A DNA stretch of 63,986 bases, the filler included, from an uncultured bacterium (lineage in GTDB: Bacteria; CAYJOG01), in the NCBI GenBank assembly GCA_964371695.1. It is 14 parts of 14 records of this genome, joined end to end, with 100 filler letters (N's around TTAATTAATTAA, not from the genome) between each part and the next. Parts side by side here need not be neighbours in the genome. Positions count along the whole stretch, not along the records: positions 37,564 to 42,117 come from CAYJOG010000283.1; positions 42,218 to 46,748 come from CAYJOG010000284.1; positions 46,849 to 51,351 come from CAYJOG010000285.1; 11 more parts are not named here. One strand, written 5' to 3'. Position numbers and translations under genes: made by a program. Under the pieces are notes generated by a model that had not been told where the DNA came from, did no database searches, and saw only the letters and a program-made list of their open reading frames with translations. This document shows, one piece after another, positions 39,219-48,102 of this stretch (positions are counted from its first letter, which is position 1; each line of letters opens with the position of its first letter).

Positions 39219-39265
39219 TTCCAAGTCATGCTTCCCTGAAGTCTTGTTTTTACCCATAAGTTGGC

Positions 39266-39489
39266 GTCATTCCCGCGCAAGCGGGAATCCAGATGAAACA
39301 AAAACAGAACACCTTTTTCTGTTTCTTTTTCTGTTTTCTTTCAGTGGGGCGGGCGTCCTCGCCCGCCATTTAAAGAAAAGAGATTTTTGTCCTTCTTTGT
39401 TCAGGCGGGCGGGGACGCCCGCCCCACTGATAAGGAAGAAGGTTTTTTGCTTTTTGTCCTGACTGGATTCCCGCTTGCGCGGGAATGAC
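39266..39489. repeat. Family C inverted pair enclosing an inverted GTGG-REP pair
   Basis: Outer GTCATTCCCGCGCAAGCGGGAATCCAG pair; inner GTGGGGCGGGCGTCC.CGCCCGCC pair. Confidence 0.85.
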
Positions 39490-39534
39490 GCCAACTGGTG
39501 GGTCATGAGAATCCCCTTTTATGGAGAGGGGGTC

Positions 39535-41634
39535 TTATCTCTTCGTGTTGCTGCGGCGCTGACCTTTTTCAAAATCCAGCGTCAGGTGGTGTTGGTCTTT
39601 TTTGAGTTTGAACACCAGCGTGTCGCGGGGTGCGGTGATGAACGGATTTTCGAAGTGGGGATAACCCTCCAGCGGAATGCTCTGGCCGTTGACACAAAAA
39701 GGGTCGTCCCAGCCAAAGGCGATTTCGCCCACGCCCGGCGCGTCGTAAACCACCCGGTTGTGGTCTTTCTCGATGCGCACTGGCGTGTGGGCAATGCGCT
39801 GGCAGAAGTTTTCAAAAGCCCCGTCCTCGGCCTGCCGGCCCAGGTGGCACAGCCACACCACGCGGTCTCCCTGCGCCACCAGTTCCCGGTCCTGGTCGCG
39901 CCCCGTGGTGGTCCAGGTGGTGGGGCGGCTGGCGTAAAGCGCCAGATAACCCTTGCCCTTGCGCGCAAAAGTCCAATTGCCCTCAGTGAACACTTCGTCA
40001 AAGGCCGCTTTGGGGAAATAGGCGTGGGTGAAACGGAACACCGCCCGTTCGCCCGCCATTTTCACCGGGTTGATGCGGTAAACACTCGCCAGCACATTGC
40101 GCCACTGGGCCACGCGGGGCAGGCGGTTGTCGTTGCCGAAATAGGCCGGGCAGCGTTCGTCGTCGCTGAGTGCGCCGGGGTTGTTGACATGCACAATGGC
40201 GTCGGGGGCCAGGCTGGCCATCCAGATCATCTGCTGGTTGGCGGCTTGGCCTTTGTGATAATCCTGCGCGCTACAGAGCATGTAGTCGGGCGTTTTGTAG
40301 GACAGCTTGTTGGCCACGCCCATGTAGGTGCGGTGCAGTTCCAGCGGCACGCGGCGTGAGATTTCCGCAAGCGGCAAAAACTTCGCCACGGGGCGCAGGG
40401 GTTTGGCCTCTACCACAAAATCGATTTCCCACAGGCCGTGGCGCTCAATGGCGGCCAGCACGTGGTCAATCACCTCTGGCTCACCATAGGCCCCGATGGC
40501 CATGAGCCGCATGAGGTCGTCGGTGTCGGCGGGGTTCCAGCCCAGGGTGTTCATGGCGAAATCCAGGGTGATGCCCGTCTGCTCGCGGTGTTCGTAGGTG
40601 AGCGACATGTCCATGCCCAGCGCCTCAATGGCCGGGGGCGGCGCGTGGTCTCCGGTCACGAGCAGCACGGCGGCGAAACTGGTGGGGTCGGTGAAACGGC
40701 CATAACCCCACAGCACCTTGAACACGTTCGCCAGCGGATGCCGCCACGCCCATTTGTTCCATTCCACATAAGTGCGGCCCTTGCTGGCGGGGAACATGCC
40801 ATAAAAGTGGTCAAACGCCATGTCCATGGTCATCAGGTCCACCGCCATGGCGGCCTGTGTGTGCAGGGCCTTGTCCTCGGCGAAATCCGCCAGATTCAAA
40901 AGCGGGGTGAGGTCTTCCTCGAAATACACGTTGCTGTCCCACTCGCTGAAACCGAACCGCGCCCGCTTGTTGATCCAGTCCAGAATCAGCGGTCTTGCGT
41001 GGGCCATGCGCCAGCGGCCTGTCTGGTGATTGTTGGTGAAGGTTGCGGTAGGGAAATACTGCCCCGCCAGATATTCCAGACTGTGAAACAGCAGCATGTG
41101 GTTTTCGGTCCAGGAAATCATCTTGTTGTGCCCCGGCTCGTCCACCCAATATTTGAAATCCAGCACGGCTTTTTCCACCTGGGCCAGTTGACCCGGCGAG
41201 AAAAGCGCCCCCTTGTGCAGTCGGTTGAGATACAACGCCCGCATGAGGCGGGTGAGTTCAAAATCGGCGCAGTCCTCGCGGCTGTTCACAAAATCCACGC
41301 GGCGTTGCAGGTCGGCGCCGTCCAGAGCGGGTTTCTGACCCAGCACCAGACGGCACATGGCGCTCATCAGGTTTCCATCGCCGCTGGCGGCAAACTTCAG
41401 ATAAGCCAACTTGCGCTCGGCAAAGGTTTTTTTGAAGGGGTGCGTGGCGGTGGTGTCGTGACCCCAGGGCGCGGGTTCTTTTTCTGGCGGCCCCGGTTGG
41501 GGACCGGGGTAATCAAACACGTCCGGCCCCGGCAGGCCCAGCGCCGCCAGCAGCGCGTCTCTCAGCGCGCCCCTCACCGTCAGTTGGCGCTTTTGATAAT
41601 TGGTGGCCAGTGAGAACTTCTGCTGTTTGTTCAT
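39535..41634 (-). CDS. Large hypothetical protein, possibly heparinase II/III-like fold
   Basis: 699 aa; WTENH, GFSEWDS.VY, KGRTY; beta-rich C-terminus. Confidence 0.8.
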   Translation of the reverse strand: MNKQQKFSLATNYQKRQLTVRGALRDALLAALGLPGPDVFDYPGPQPGPPEKEPAPWGHDTTATHPFKKTFAERKLAYLKFAASGDGNLMSAMCRLVLGQKPALDGADLQRRVDFVNSREDCADFELTRLMRALYLNRLHKGALFSPGQLAQVEKAVLDFKYWVDEPGHNKMISWTENHMLLFHSLEYLAGQYFPTATFTNNHQTGRWRMAHARPLILDWINKRARFGFSEWDSNVYFEEDLTPLLNLADFAEDKALHTQAAMAVDLMTMDMAFDHFYGMFPASKGRTYVEWNKWAWRHPLANVFKVLWGYGRFTDPTSFAAVLLVTGDHAPPPAIEALGMDMSLTYEHREQTGITLDFAMNTLGWNPADTDDLMRLMAIGAYGEPEVIDHVLAAIERHGLWEIDFVVEAKPLRPVAKFLPLAEISRRVPLELHRTYMGVANKLSYKTPDYMLCSAQDYHKGQAANQQMIWMASLAPDAIVHVNNPGALSDDERCPAYFGNDNRLPRVAQWRNVLASVYRINPVKMAGERAVFRFTHAYFPKAAFDEVFTEGNWTFARKGKGYLALYASRPTTWTTTGRDQDRELVAQGDRVVWLCHLGRQAEDGAFENFCQRIAHTPVRIEKDHNRVVYDAPGVGEIAFGWDDPFCVNGQSIPLEGYPHFENPFITAPRDTLVFKLKKDQHHLTLDFEKGQRRSNTKR

Positions 41635-41674
41635 GGGGACATTTTAGACACACGGCGATTAAGCCGGTTTTTAG

Positions 41675-41824
41675 CAGGGTGTTGATAAACACCCTGAAAA
41701 ATCCATGGATGGATTTTCCGCTTGCTGGGGGTTGAAAAACCCCCAGCAAAAGCGCCATTTTGCGAGAGCTTTGCTTGAGCGAAATGGGTTGAGAAAGGCC
41801 AGGAGGGACTTTCTCAACACCCTG
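41675..41824 (+). mobile_element. MITE family A, 150 nt
   Basis: Same length as and near-identical to 16554..16703; TTAG on the left flank. Confidence 0.85.
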
Positions 41825-41959
41825 TAATGTTAGCTCATTTTTTATTTGGGGGGCGTTGCCCCCCAAACCCCCCACTGGGAGGCCGGCGGGCCTCCCAGAC
41901 CCACCGAATATGGCGCTGCGCGCAAAAGAACAACCCAAGAAAGAAAACCATCTCCCGCC

Positions 41960-42047
41960 GTCATTCCCGCGAAAGCGGGAATCCAGTGAAAACAAAAAGG
42001 TATTTTGACCTTTGTTTTTATGCCACAGGCGGGACGCCCGTGGCTAC
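41960..42047. repeat. Family C hairpin plus reverse GTAG-REP
   Basis: GTCATTCCCGCGAAAGCGGGAATCCAG; CCACAGGCGGGACGCCCGTGGCTAC. Confidence 0.75.
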
Positions 42048-42217
42048 TACGGAAATCTCCGGTTGGCTTTCAGCCCTGCGGTTTCCACAGGTTGGGCCAC
42101 CACGCGGGCTTTGCCCGNNNNNNNNNNNNNNNNNNNNNNNNNNNNNNNNNNNNNNNNNNNNTTAATTAATTAANNNNNNNNNNNNNNNNNNNNNNNNNNN
42201 NNNNNNNNNNNNNNNNN

Positions 42218-42607
42218 ATACACCCCCACGCGGCCCAGAGGCAGGGTGCGCAGCGACAAATCCATCTCTGGCGTGGCAGCCTGGCGAGGCCCGGCCCAGC
42301 CTCCGGCGGGGGCCAGCGCGGCGTAGTATTGCCGCAGGCGTTTCACGCCCAGGGTGATGGCCTCTTTCAGGTCGGGGTCCATGGCGGCGGCGGCGTCTGC
42401 CAGCGCCTGTTCGGGCACGGCCAGGTCTCCCTCCAGCGCCACGCTGTCAAACTGCTGGCTGAAGCGCCTGAGCGCGGTGTCTTTTTCCACCGCCACGGCC
42501 TTGAGGATGTCCTTGACCGCACCCTCGATGTCCGCGAAACGATCCAGCGCCGTAGACCACAACGGGGCCATTTCAGCTTCATCCTGTGGATATTTCCAGC
42601 GCGGCAT
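42218..42607 (-). CDS. hisD: Histidinol dehydrogenase, N-terminal fragment
   Basis: V.DIL.AV....D.AL..FS..FD and PLGRVGVY. Confidence 0.85.
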
Positions 42608-42768
42608 GGTGGTTTGAACCAAAGGCGATTTTAACAGGTTTTGGCGCTCCTTTTGGTTTGGCCCCGGTTTTGCTGGCAGTGTGCTTGACAAGTGACGCGG
42701 CGAAGCGCAGAAACCATTTCCTGATATCGGTTGTCCCGCCCCCTGCGGGTTGTTATCCTCCGCACGCC

Positions 42769-43608
42769 ATGGCCACCGAGGTTACGTCCGCTCCGGACAT
42801 CGACACACTGAAATCCGTCGCCGCCACACTGCGGCGGCACGTCATCCGGCAGATTCACGCCGCCCAGAGCGGCCACCCCGGTGGCAGCCTTTCAGCGGTG
42901 GAAATCCTGACCGCCCTGATGTGGGGCGGTTATGTGAAACGCGACCCCGCCCACCCCATGGACAAAAACCGCGACCGCCTGATTCTGAGCAAGGGCCACG
43001 GCTGCCCGGCGCTTTATGCCGCCCTGGTGGAGCGGGGATTTTTGCCCGAAGAATAACTGGACACCTTCCGCCGGCTGAACAGCCCGCTGCAGTGCCACCC
43101 GGACTATCGCCTGTGGAACGTGATGGAGGCCAGCACCGGCAGCCTGGGCCAGGGCCTGAGCATTGGCATCGGCATGGCGCTGGCGGCCCGGCTGGACCAG
43201 AAGGATTTTCACACCTACGTCATCCTCGGCGACGGCGAATGCAACGAAGGCCAGATTTGGGAAGCCGCCATGTTCGCCAGCCATTTCAAGGTGGACAACC
43301 TCACCTGCATTGTGGATTACAACAAGATTCAACTGGATGGCCGGGTGGAGGAGATCATGGCGCTGGAGCCTTTCGCCGCCAAGTGGGAAGCCTTTGGCTG
43401 GGAAGTGCGCGAGGTGGACGGCCACGATTTTGAGGAGCTTTTCACCGCGCTCGACGAACGGGGCGGTTACCCCGAAAAACCGTTCGTCCTCATCGCCCAC
43501 ACCGTGAAGGGCAAGGGCGTGTCGTTTATGGAAAACGAAGTGGGCTGGCACGGGATTCCCCCCAACGACGCGCAAAAAGACGCCGCCCTGAAGGAGCTGA
43601 CGCCATGA
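42769..43608 (+). pseudogene. Transketolase N-terminal subunit with an in-frame TAA at 43054-43056
   Basis: SGHPGGSLS, SKGH, LPEE*LDTFR, STGSLGQG, GDGE..EGQ.WEA, all in one frame. Confidence 0.85.
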
Positions 43609-44549
43609 GCCGCCCCATGGGAAAAGCCACCCGCGAAGCCTTTGGCGCCGCCCTGCTGGAACTTGGCGGGACCGACCCCAACGTGGTGTCTCTGGACGCC
43701 GACCTGAGCAAAAGCACCCAGAGCTACAAGTTCGGCGAAAAATATCCTGAGCGGTTTTTTAACGTGGGCATTGCCGAGGCGAATCTGGTGAGCATTGCCG
43801 TGGGCCTGGCGGCGGCGGGCAAGGTGCCCTTTGCCAGCAGTTTCTCCAGCTTTTTGCTGAACAAGGGATTTGAGCAGATCCGCGTGGGCTGCGCCTATAA
43901 CCAGCGGGCTGTGAAACTGGTGGGCAGCCACGGGGGCATCAGCCTGGGCGAAGACGGCCCCAGCCAGATGGCCACCGAAGACATCGCACTGATGCTCACG
44001 CTGCCCGGTTTTTGTGTGCTGGTGCCCAGCGACGAACACGCGGGCCACGCGCTCACACACGAACTTTACAAATGGAACGGCCCCGGTTATCTGCGGGTGG
44101 GCCGCCCCAAGGCGGCGGTGATTTACAGCCAGGGCGAGGCTTTTCCGGTGGGGGGTTTTAAAGTTCTGCAAAAAGGCGCGGACGTGCTGATGGCCGCCTG
44201 CGGCCTGATGGTGGACATCACGCTCACCGCCGCCGAAGAACTGAAGGAAAAACACGGCGTGAGCGCCACGGTGGTGGACACCTACAGCCTGAAACCCTTT
44301 CCCGAAAAAGCCTTTGCCGAACTGGCCGCCCCGCACCAACTGGTGCTCACCGCCGAAGAACACGGTTTTTATGGCGGCCTGAACAGCGTGGTGTGTCAGG
44401 CCCTGGCCCAGCACGGCCCCAAGCCCGTGACGCGGGTGGCCGTGAACGACACCTATGCCCAGAGCGGCAAACAGAACGAGTTGTTCGAGACCTATGGCCT
44501 GTCGGCCAGTCACGTGGTGAAAGCAGCGCTGGCGGGGCTGGAGAAATAG
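43605..44549 (+). CDS. Transketolase C-terminal subunit
   Basis: DADLSKST, GIAEAN, GEDGPSQ, YLRVGR, AEEH. Confidence 0.93.
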   Translation: MSRPMGKATREAFGAALLELGGTDPNVVSLDADLSKSTQSYKFGEKYPERFFNVGIAEANLVSIAVGLAAAGKVPFASSFSSFLLNKGFEQIRVGCAYNQRAVKLVGSHGGISLGEDGPSQMATEDIALMLTLPGFCVLVPSDEHAGHALTHELYKWNGPGYLRVGRPKAAVIYSQGEAFPVGGFKVLQKGADVLMAACGLMVDITLTAAEELKEKHGVSATVVDTYSLKPFPEKAFAELAAPHQLVLTAEEHGFYGGLNSVVCQALAQHGPKPVTRVAVNDTYAQSGKQNELFETYGLSASHVVKAALAGLEK

Positions 44550-45006
44550 AGCAAATTCATGTTTGACGTAGACAGAGGGCGGGGCCAGTTCTTGCCCTCT
44601 CCCTGAGAGCCTGTTTCTAAATTGCGCCATGTGAAACATGGTGTAATCGAAACAGGCTCTTGCGGGACATGGATGTCCCGCCTCAAAAGCCGAAGTGTTG
44701 AAAATACTGGGGTTTTTGCCCGCCAAGGAGGCTTTGCCTCCGCTGGCGGTAAGTTTATAAAGTCCAGGACGGACTTTATAAACAGGCGCTGAGGGAGAGG
44801 GCAGACCGTGACCGAACAGATGTGAGGTCACGGGCGGGTGAGGGGGAACAGGCTGGGAGAAAGAATCAGACTTTTTTCAAAAGTTCTCTTTCCCCCTCAC
44901 CCGCCTCAGATTTCGCTTCGCTCAACCTTCGGCTGCCCTCTCCCTCAGGGAGAGGGCAAGAAAAAAAGCTCTTATTACGTCCACGTCTACTCCGAAAATG
45001 CGCCAG
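44547..45006. mobile_element. Composite nested repeat: family G shell > family D hairpin pair (44593..44958) > family B
   Basis: Ends match 30717..30798; internal CCCTCTCCC..GGGAGAGGG hairpins. Confidence 0.75.
44607..44789 (+). mobile_element. MITE family B, 183 nt, TGA duplication, intergenic
   Basis: GAGCCTGTTTCTAAA...TTTATAAACAGGCGC flanked by TGA, inside the loop of TGCCCTCTCCC-TGA-GGGAGAGGGCA. Confidence 0.88.
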
Positions 45007-45025
45007 CCCTTCCCGCTTGCGGGGG

Positions 45026-45724
45026 TCACACCCGCTCCATGTCAAACAGCAGAAAGTGAGCATCCTGAACAGCCTGGAGGGGCCAGTCGGCCTCGCAGGA
45101 AATAGCCGCGCCGTCTCCGGGTTTCATCGTGACGCCACCCAGCGCGAGTTCACCCGAAATCAGTTGCAGCCAGCCCAGTTTTTCTTTGCCGCCGCCGTGC
45201 GCCAGCTTTTGCCCCGCGCCAAGCCGCCCGGCATAAAGCGTGACCGGGCTGTGGATAGGCAACGCGCCCTCTATCCCCAGGCCGCTGGCCAAAAGCCGCA
45301 GGCTGTTTTGGGGCGGCTCAAAGGCCATCTGTTCATAACCGGGTTTCAGGCCAGTGGTGCTGGGCAAAAGCCATATCTGCAACAGATGCACCGCCTCGGA
45401 ATCGGACGGGTTGACTTCGCTGTGGCGGATGCCCGTGCCCGCCCGCATGTATTGCACCTCGCCGGGGCGGATCACCGAGCCGTGGCCCAGGCTGTCCTTG
45501 TGCTCCAGCGCACCGCTCAGCACATAGGTGACAATTTCCATGTCGCTGTGGCCGTGGGTAGCGAAACCCATGCCGGGGGACACGATGTCTTCGTTGATCA
45601 CCCGCAGGGGGCCAAAACCCATGTGGGCTTCATCCTGATAACCTGCAAACGAAAAACTGTGCCAGGTCTTGAGCCAGCCGTGATCAAAATGGCCGCGTGC
45701 GGCGGCGGGGCGCAGGGTGAACAT
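45026..45724 (-). CDS. Pirin family protein (YhhW-like)
   Basis: HSFSF, LRVINED, H.H.DMEI.TYV, MRAGTGIRHSE, LQIW. Confidence 0.93.
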   Translation of the reverse strand: MFTLRPAAARGHFDHGWLKTWHSFSFAGYQDEAHMGFGPLRVINEDIVSPGMGFATHGHSDMEIVTYVLSGALEHKDSLGHGSVIRPGEVQYMRAGTGIRHSEVNPSDSEAVHLLQIWLLPSTTGLKPGYEQMAFEPPQNSLRLLASGLGIEGALPIHSPVTLYAGRLGAGQKLAHGGGKEKLGWLQLISGELALGGVTMKPGDGAAISCEADWPLQAVQDAHFLLFDMERV

Positions 45725-45742
45725 GGGCCTATTTTCCCGCAT

Positions 45743-46633
45743 TCACCGCACTTCCGACAAAAACAAACCCACACCCCCCGCCATGAGCAGCGCCGTGACC
45801 ATCAGCGCCGTGCCGGGGGTCTCACCCAGCCACGCCACCGCCAGCATCGCGCTCACAAACGGGGCGGTGCCAAAACAGGCCGCTGTGCGGGCCGCGCCGA
45901 TGTGCCGGAGCGCCATCACAAACAACAACAGACTGCCGCCAATGCCCACCAGACCCCCCAATGCCAGGCGGGCCGTGACCGGGGCGGCGGGCAGGTGATG
46001 CCCCAGGCTCAGGCCAATCGCCAGATTCACCACGCCCGACACGCCGTTTTTGATGAGCACCAGCACCACCGGGTCCGCCCCTGAAATCACGCGGGTGAAG
46101 TTGTTGTCCACGCCCCAGCACAGGGCCGCCAGCCCCACCAGCACCGCACCCCCCAGGGCCCCGGCGGCGAGTTTTTGAGACACCGCCAACACCACGCCGC
46201 CCGCCACAATCAGCAGCAGGCCCAACACGCTGCGGGCCGAGACGCGCTCACGGAACACCAGCCACGCCAGGGCCGCCGTGAACACGCCCTCCAGGTTCAG
46301 CAGCAACGACGCAGTGGAGGCGGTGGTGAGCGACAGCCCCCACCAGTAACACAGGGGGGCCAGGCCACCGCCAAACACCGTGGCCCCCAGCAGCCAGGGC
46401 CACTGGCCGGATTTCATCATGGCCGGGGCGTGGCGGCCCCCCGCCCAATACCGCACCGCCAGCAGCGTGCTCAACCCCACCGCCGAGCCAACCCCCATGC
46501 AGCCCGTGATGACAAAGGGATGCACCCTGGGCGCAATGAGTTTGACGATGGGCGTGAGCAGGCCAAACAACAGCGCCGAGCCCAGGGCCAGCAAAAGGCC
46601 CTGCAGGGCGGGGGAGGCGTGGTTTTTATTCAT
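45743..46633 (-). CDS. EamA/DMT family transporter
   Basis: ASLLLNLEGVFT, WGVDNNFTR, ALRHIGAART; about 10 TM segments. Confidence 0.9.
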   Translation of the reverse strand: MNKNHASPALQGLLLALGSALLFGLLTPIVKLIAPRVHPFVITGCMGVGSAVGLSTLLAVRYWAGGRHAPAMMKSGQWPWLLGATVFGGGLAPLCYWWGLSLTTASTASLLLNLEGVFTAALAWLVFRERVSARSVLGLLLIVAGGVVLAVSQKLAAGALGGAVLVGLAALCWGVDNNFTRVISGADPVVLVLIKNGVSGVVNLAIGLSLGHHLPAAPVTARLALGGLVGIGGSLLLFVMALRHIGAARTAACFGTAPFVSAMLAVAWLGETPGTALMVTALLMAGGVGLFLSEVR

Positions 46634-46656
46634 GGGCCGATGTTTGCGGGTGGCTC

Positions 46657-46704
46657 TTGACAAAAGGGGCTTCATAAATTAAATTAGCGATGTTTGTACG
46701 TACA
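46657..46704 (+). promoter_or_regulatory. Sigma70 promoter with downstream palindrome
   Basis: TTGACA-17 nt-TAAATT; TGTACGTACA at 46695-46704. Confidence 0.55.
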
Positions 46705-46848
46705 TCTAAAATGAGAAAGAATGTCATACACAAATCCAAAATAGGTTTNNNNNNNNNNNNNNNNNNNNNNNNNNNNNNNNNNNNNNNNNNNNTTAATTAA
46801 TTAANNNNNNNNNNNNNNNNNNNNNNNNNNNNNNNNNNNNNNNNNNNN

Positions 46849-46947
46849 GGTATAGGGCGCGCTCAGCAGTCCGCAGGCCTCGTGGGGATAACCGGCCTCG
46901 GTGTGGCGCAGGATGGCGTTGTAAGTGTCGCGGTGAATGAAAAACAT
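46849..46947 (-). CDS. JAB/Mec (M67) metallopeptidase, N-terminal fragment
   Basis: H.EAGYPHEACGLL, directly downstream of the cysteine synthase. Confidence 0.75.
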
Positions 46948-46975
46948 CGTCTGACTGCTTTTTACCGCAGGGCGC

Positions 46976-47968
46976 TCAGGCCCCGCCGCCTTCCATTTTT
47001 TCCCAGTAAGGCTCCGAGAGGTATTTGTCGCCGCCATCGGGAAACATGGTGACGATGCACCCCTCGCCGGTGATCCTCTCGGCGATTTTCAGACACGCCA
47101 CCAGGGCTGCGCCGCTGGAAATGCCCACGAGATAACCCTCGCGCCGGGCCAGGGCCAGGGTGGTTTTCTGGGCTTCTTCGGTGCAGACGCCCATGTTTTC
47201 GTCGGCCAGGGATTGGTCATAGATGCCGGGCACAATGGCGGTGGCCATGTGCTTGAGGCCCTCCAGGCCGTGAAAGGGCACGTCCGGCTCAAAACTCACA
47301 CACTGAATGGCCGGGTTGAGTTCCTTGAGCCGTTTGGTGACGCCGCAGAACGTGCCGCTGGTACCCAGGCCCGCCACAAAGTGGGTCACGGCCCCGCCCG
47401 TCTGTTTCCAGATTTCTTCGGCGGTGGTGTGGTAGTGCGCCTGCCAGTTGCCGGGGTTGCTGTATTGATCGGGGTAAAAATAAAGGTCGGGGTTTTCTGC
47501 CGCCAGTTGGCGCGCCAGACGAATGGCCCCGTCGCTGCCTTCTTCTGGCGGCGTCAGCGCCAGTTCCACACCATAGGCCCGCAAAATGCGCTTGCGCTCC
47601 GGGCTGGCGCTTTTGGGCAGGCACAGCTTTACCTTGAACCCCAGGGCCGCGCCCAGCATGGCATAGGCAATGCCGGTGTTGCCGCTGGTGGCGTCCAGCA
47701 AAATTTTTTCGGGCGAAAAGGAGCCGGAAAGAAAACCGTTTTTCACCATGTTCCAGGCGGCGCGGTCCTTCACCGATCCGCCGGGGTTGAACCACTCGGC
47801 CTTGGCGAAAATCTTGACCCTGGGGTGAAGAGGATTGTTGCGCAGAATTGGCAACAGGGGCGTGTTGCCGATGAGGTCCACCAGGGGACTGGTGGGCAGG
47901 GTGGTTTCCTCGCGCTCCTTGAGGCTGGCGGTGGAACCCCCCCAGGGTGGGATGGGTGAGTGGTCCAT
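46976..47968 (-). CDS. cysM: PLP-dependent cysteine synthase (CysM-type)
   Basis: IGNTPL, NPGGSVKDR, TSGNTG, QYSNP, GLGTSGT, PDGGDKYLS. Confidence 0.88.
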   Translation of the reverse strand: MDHSPIPPWGGSTASLKEREETTLPTSPLVDLIGNTPLLPILRNNPLHPRVKIFAKAEWFNPGGSVKDRAAWNMVKNGFLSGSFSPEKILLDATSGNTGIAYAMLGAALGFKVKLCLPKSASPERKRILRAYGVELALTPPEEGSDGAIRLARQLAAENPDLYFYPDQYSNPGNWQAHYHTTAEEIWKQTGGAVTHFVAGLGTSGTFCGVTKRLKELNPAIQCVSFEPDVPFHGLEGLKHMATAIVPGIYDQSLADENMGVCTEEAQKTTLALARREGYLVGISSGAALVACLKIAERITGEGCIVTMFPDGGDKYLSEPYWEKMEGGGA

Positions 47969-48102
47969 TGTCCTTGACCCTATGGTAGTGGCAGGTGCAA
48001 AAAGCCACAAACAAACGATTCGTTGGCAAAAAAACCTCGCGCCACCAGACCTGCACCAGCTGCCCAGGATGTTAACCAGCACCCTGCTACCATGGCCCGC
48101 TT

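Noticed and set aside
43054-43056. Stop-codon reassignment or selenocysteine in transketolase
   Set aside because: The codon is TAA, which ends many other genes here; the position is not a catalytic Cys.
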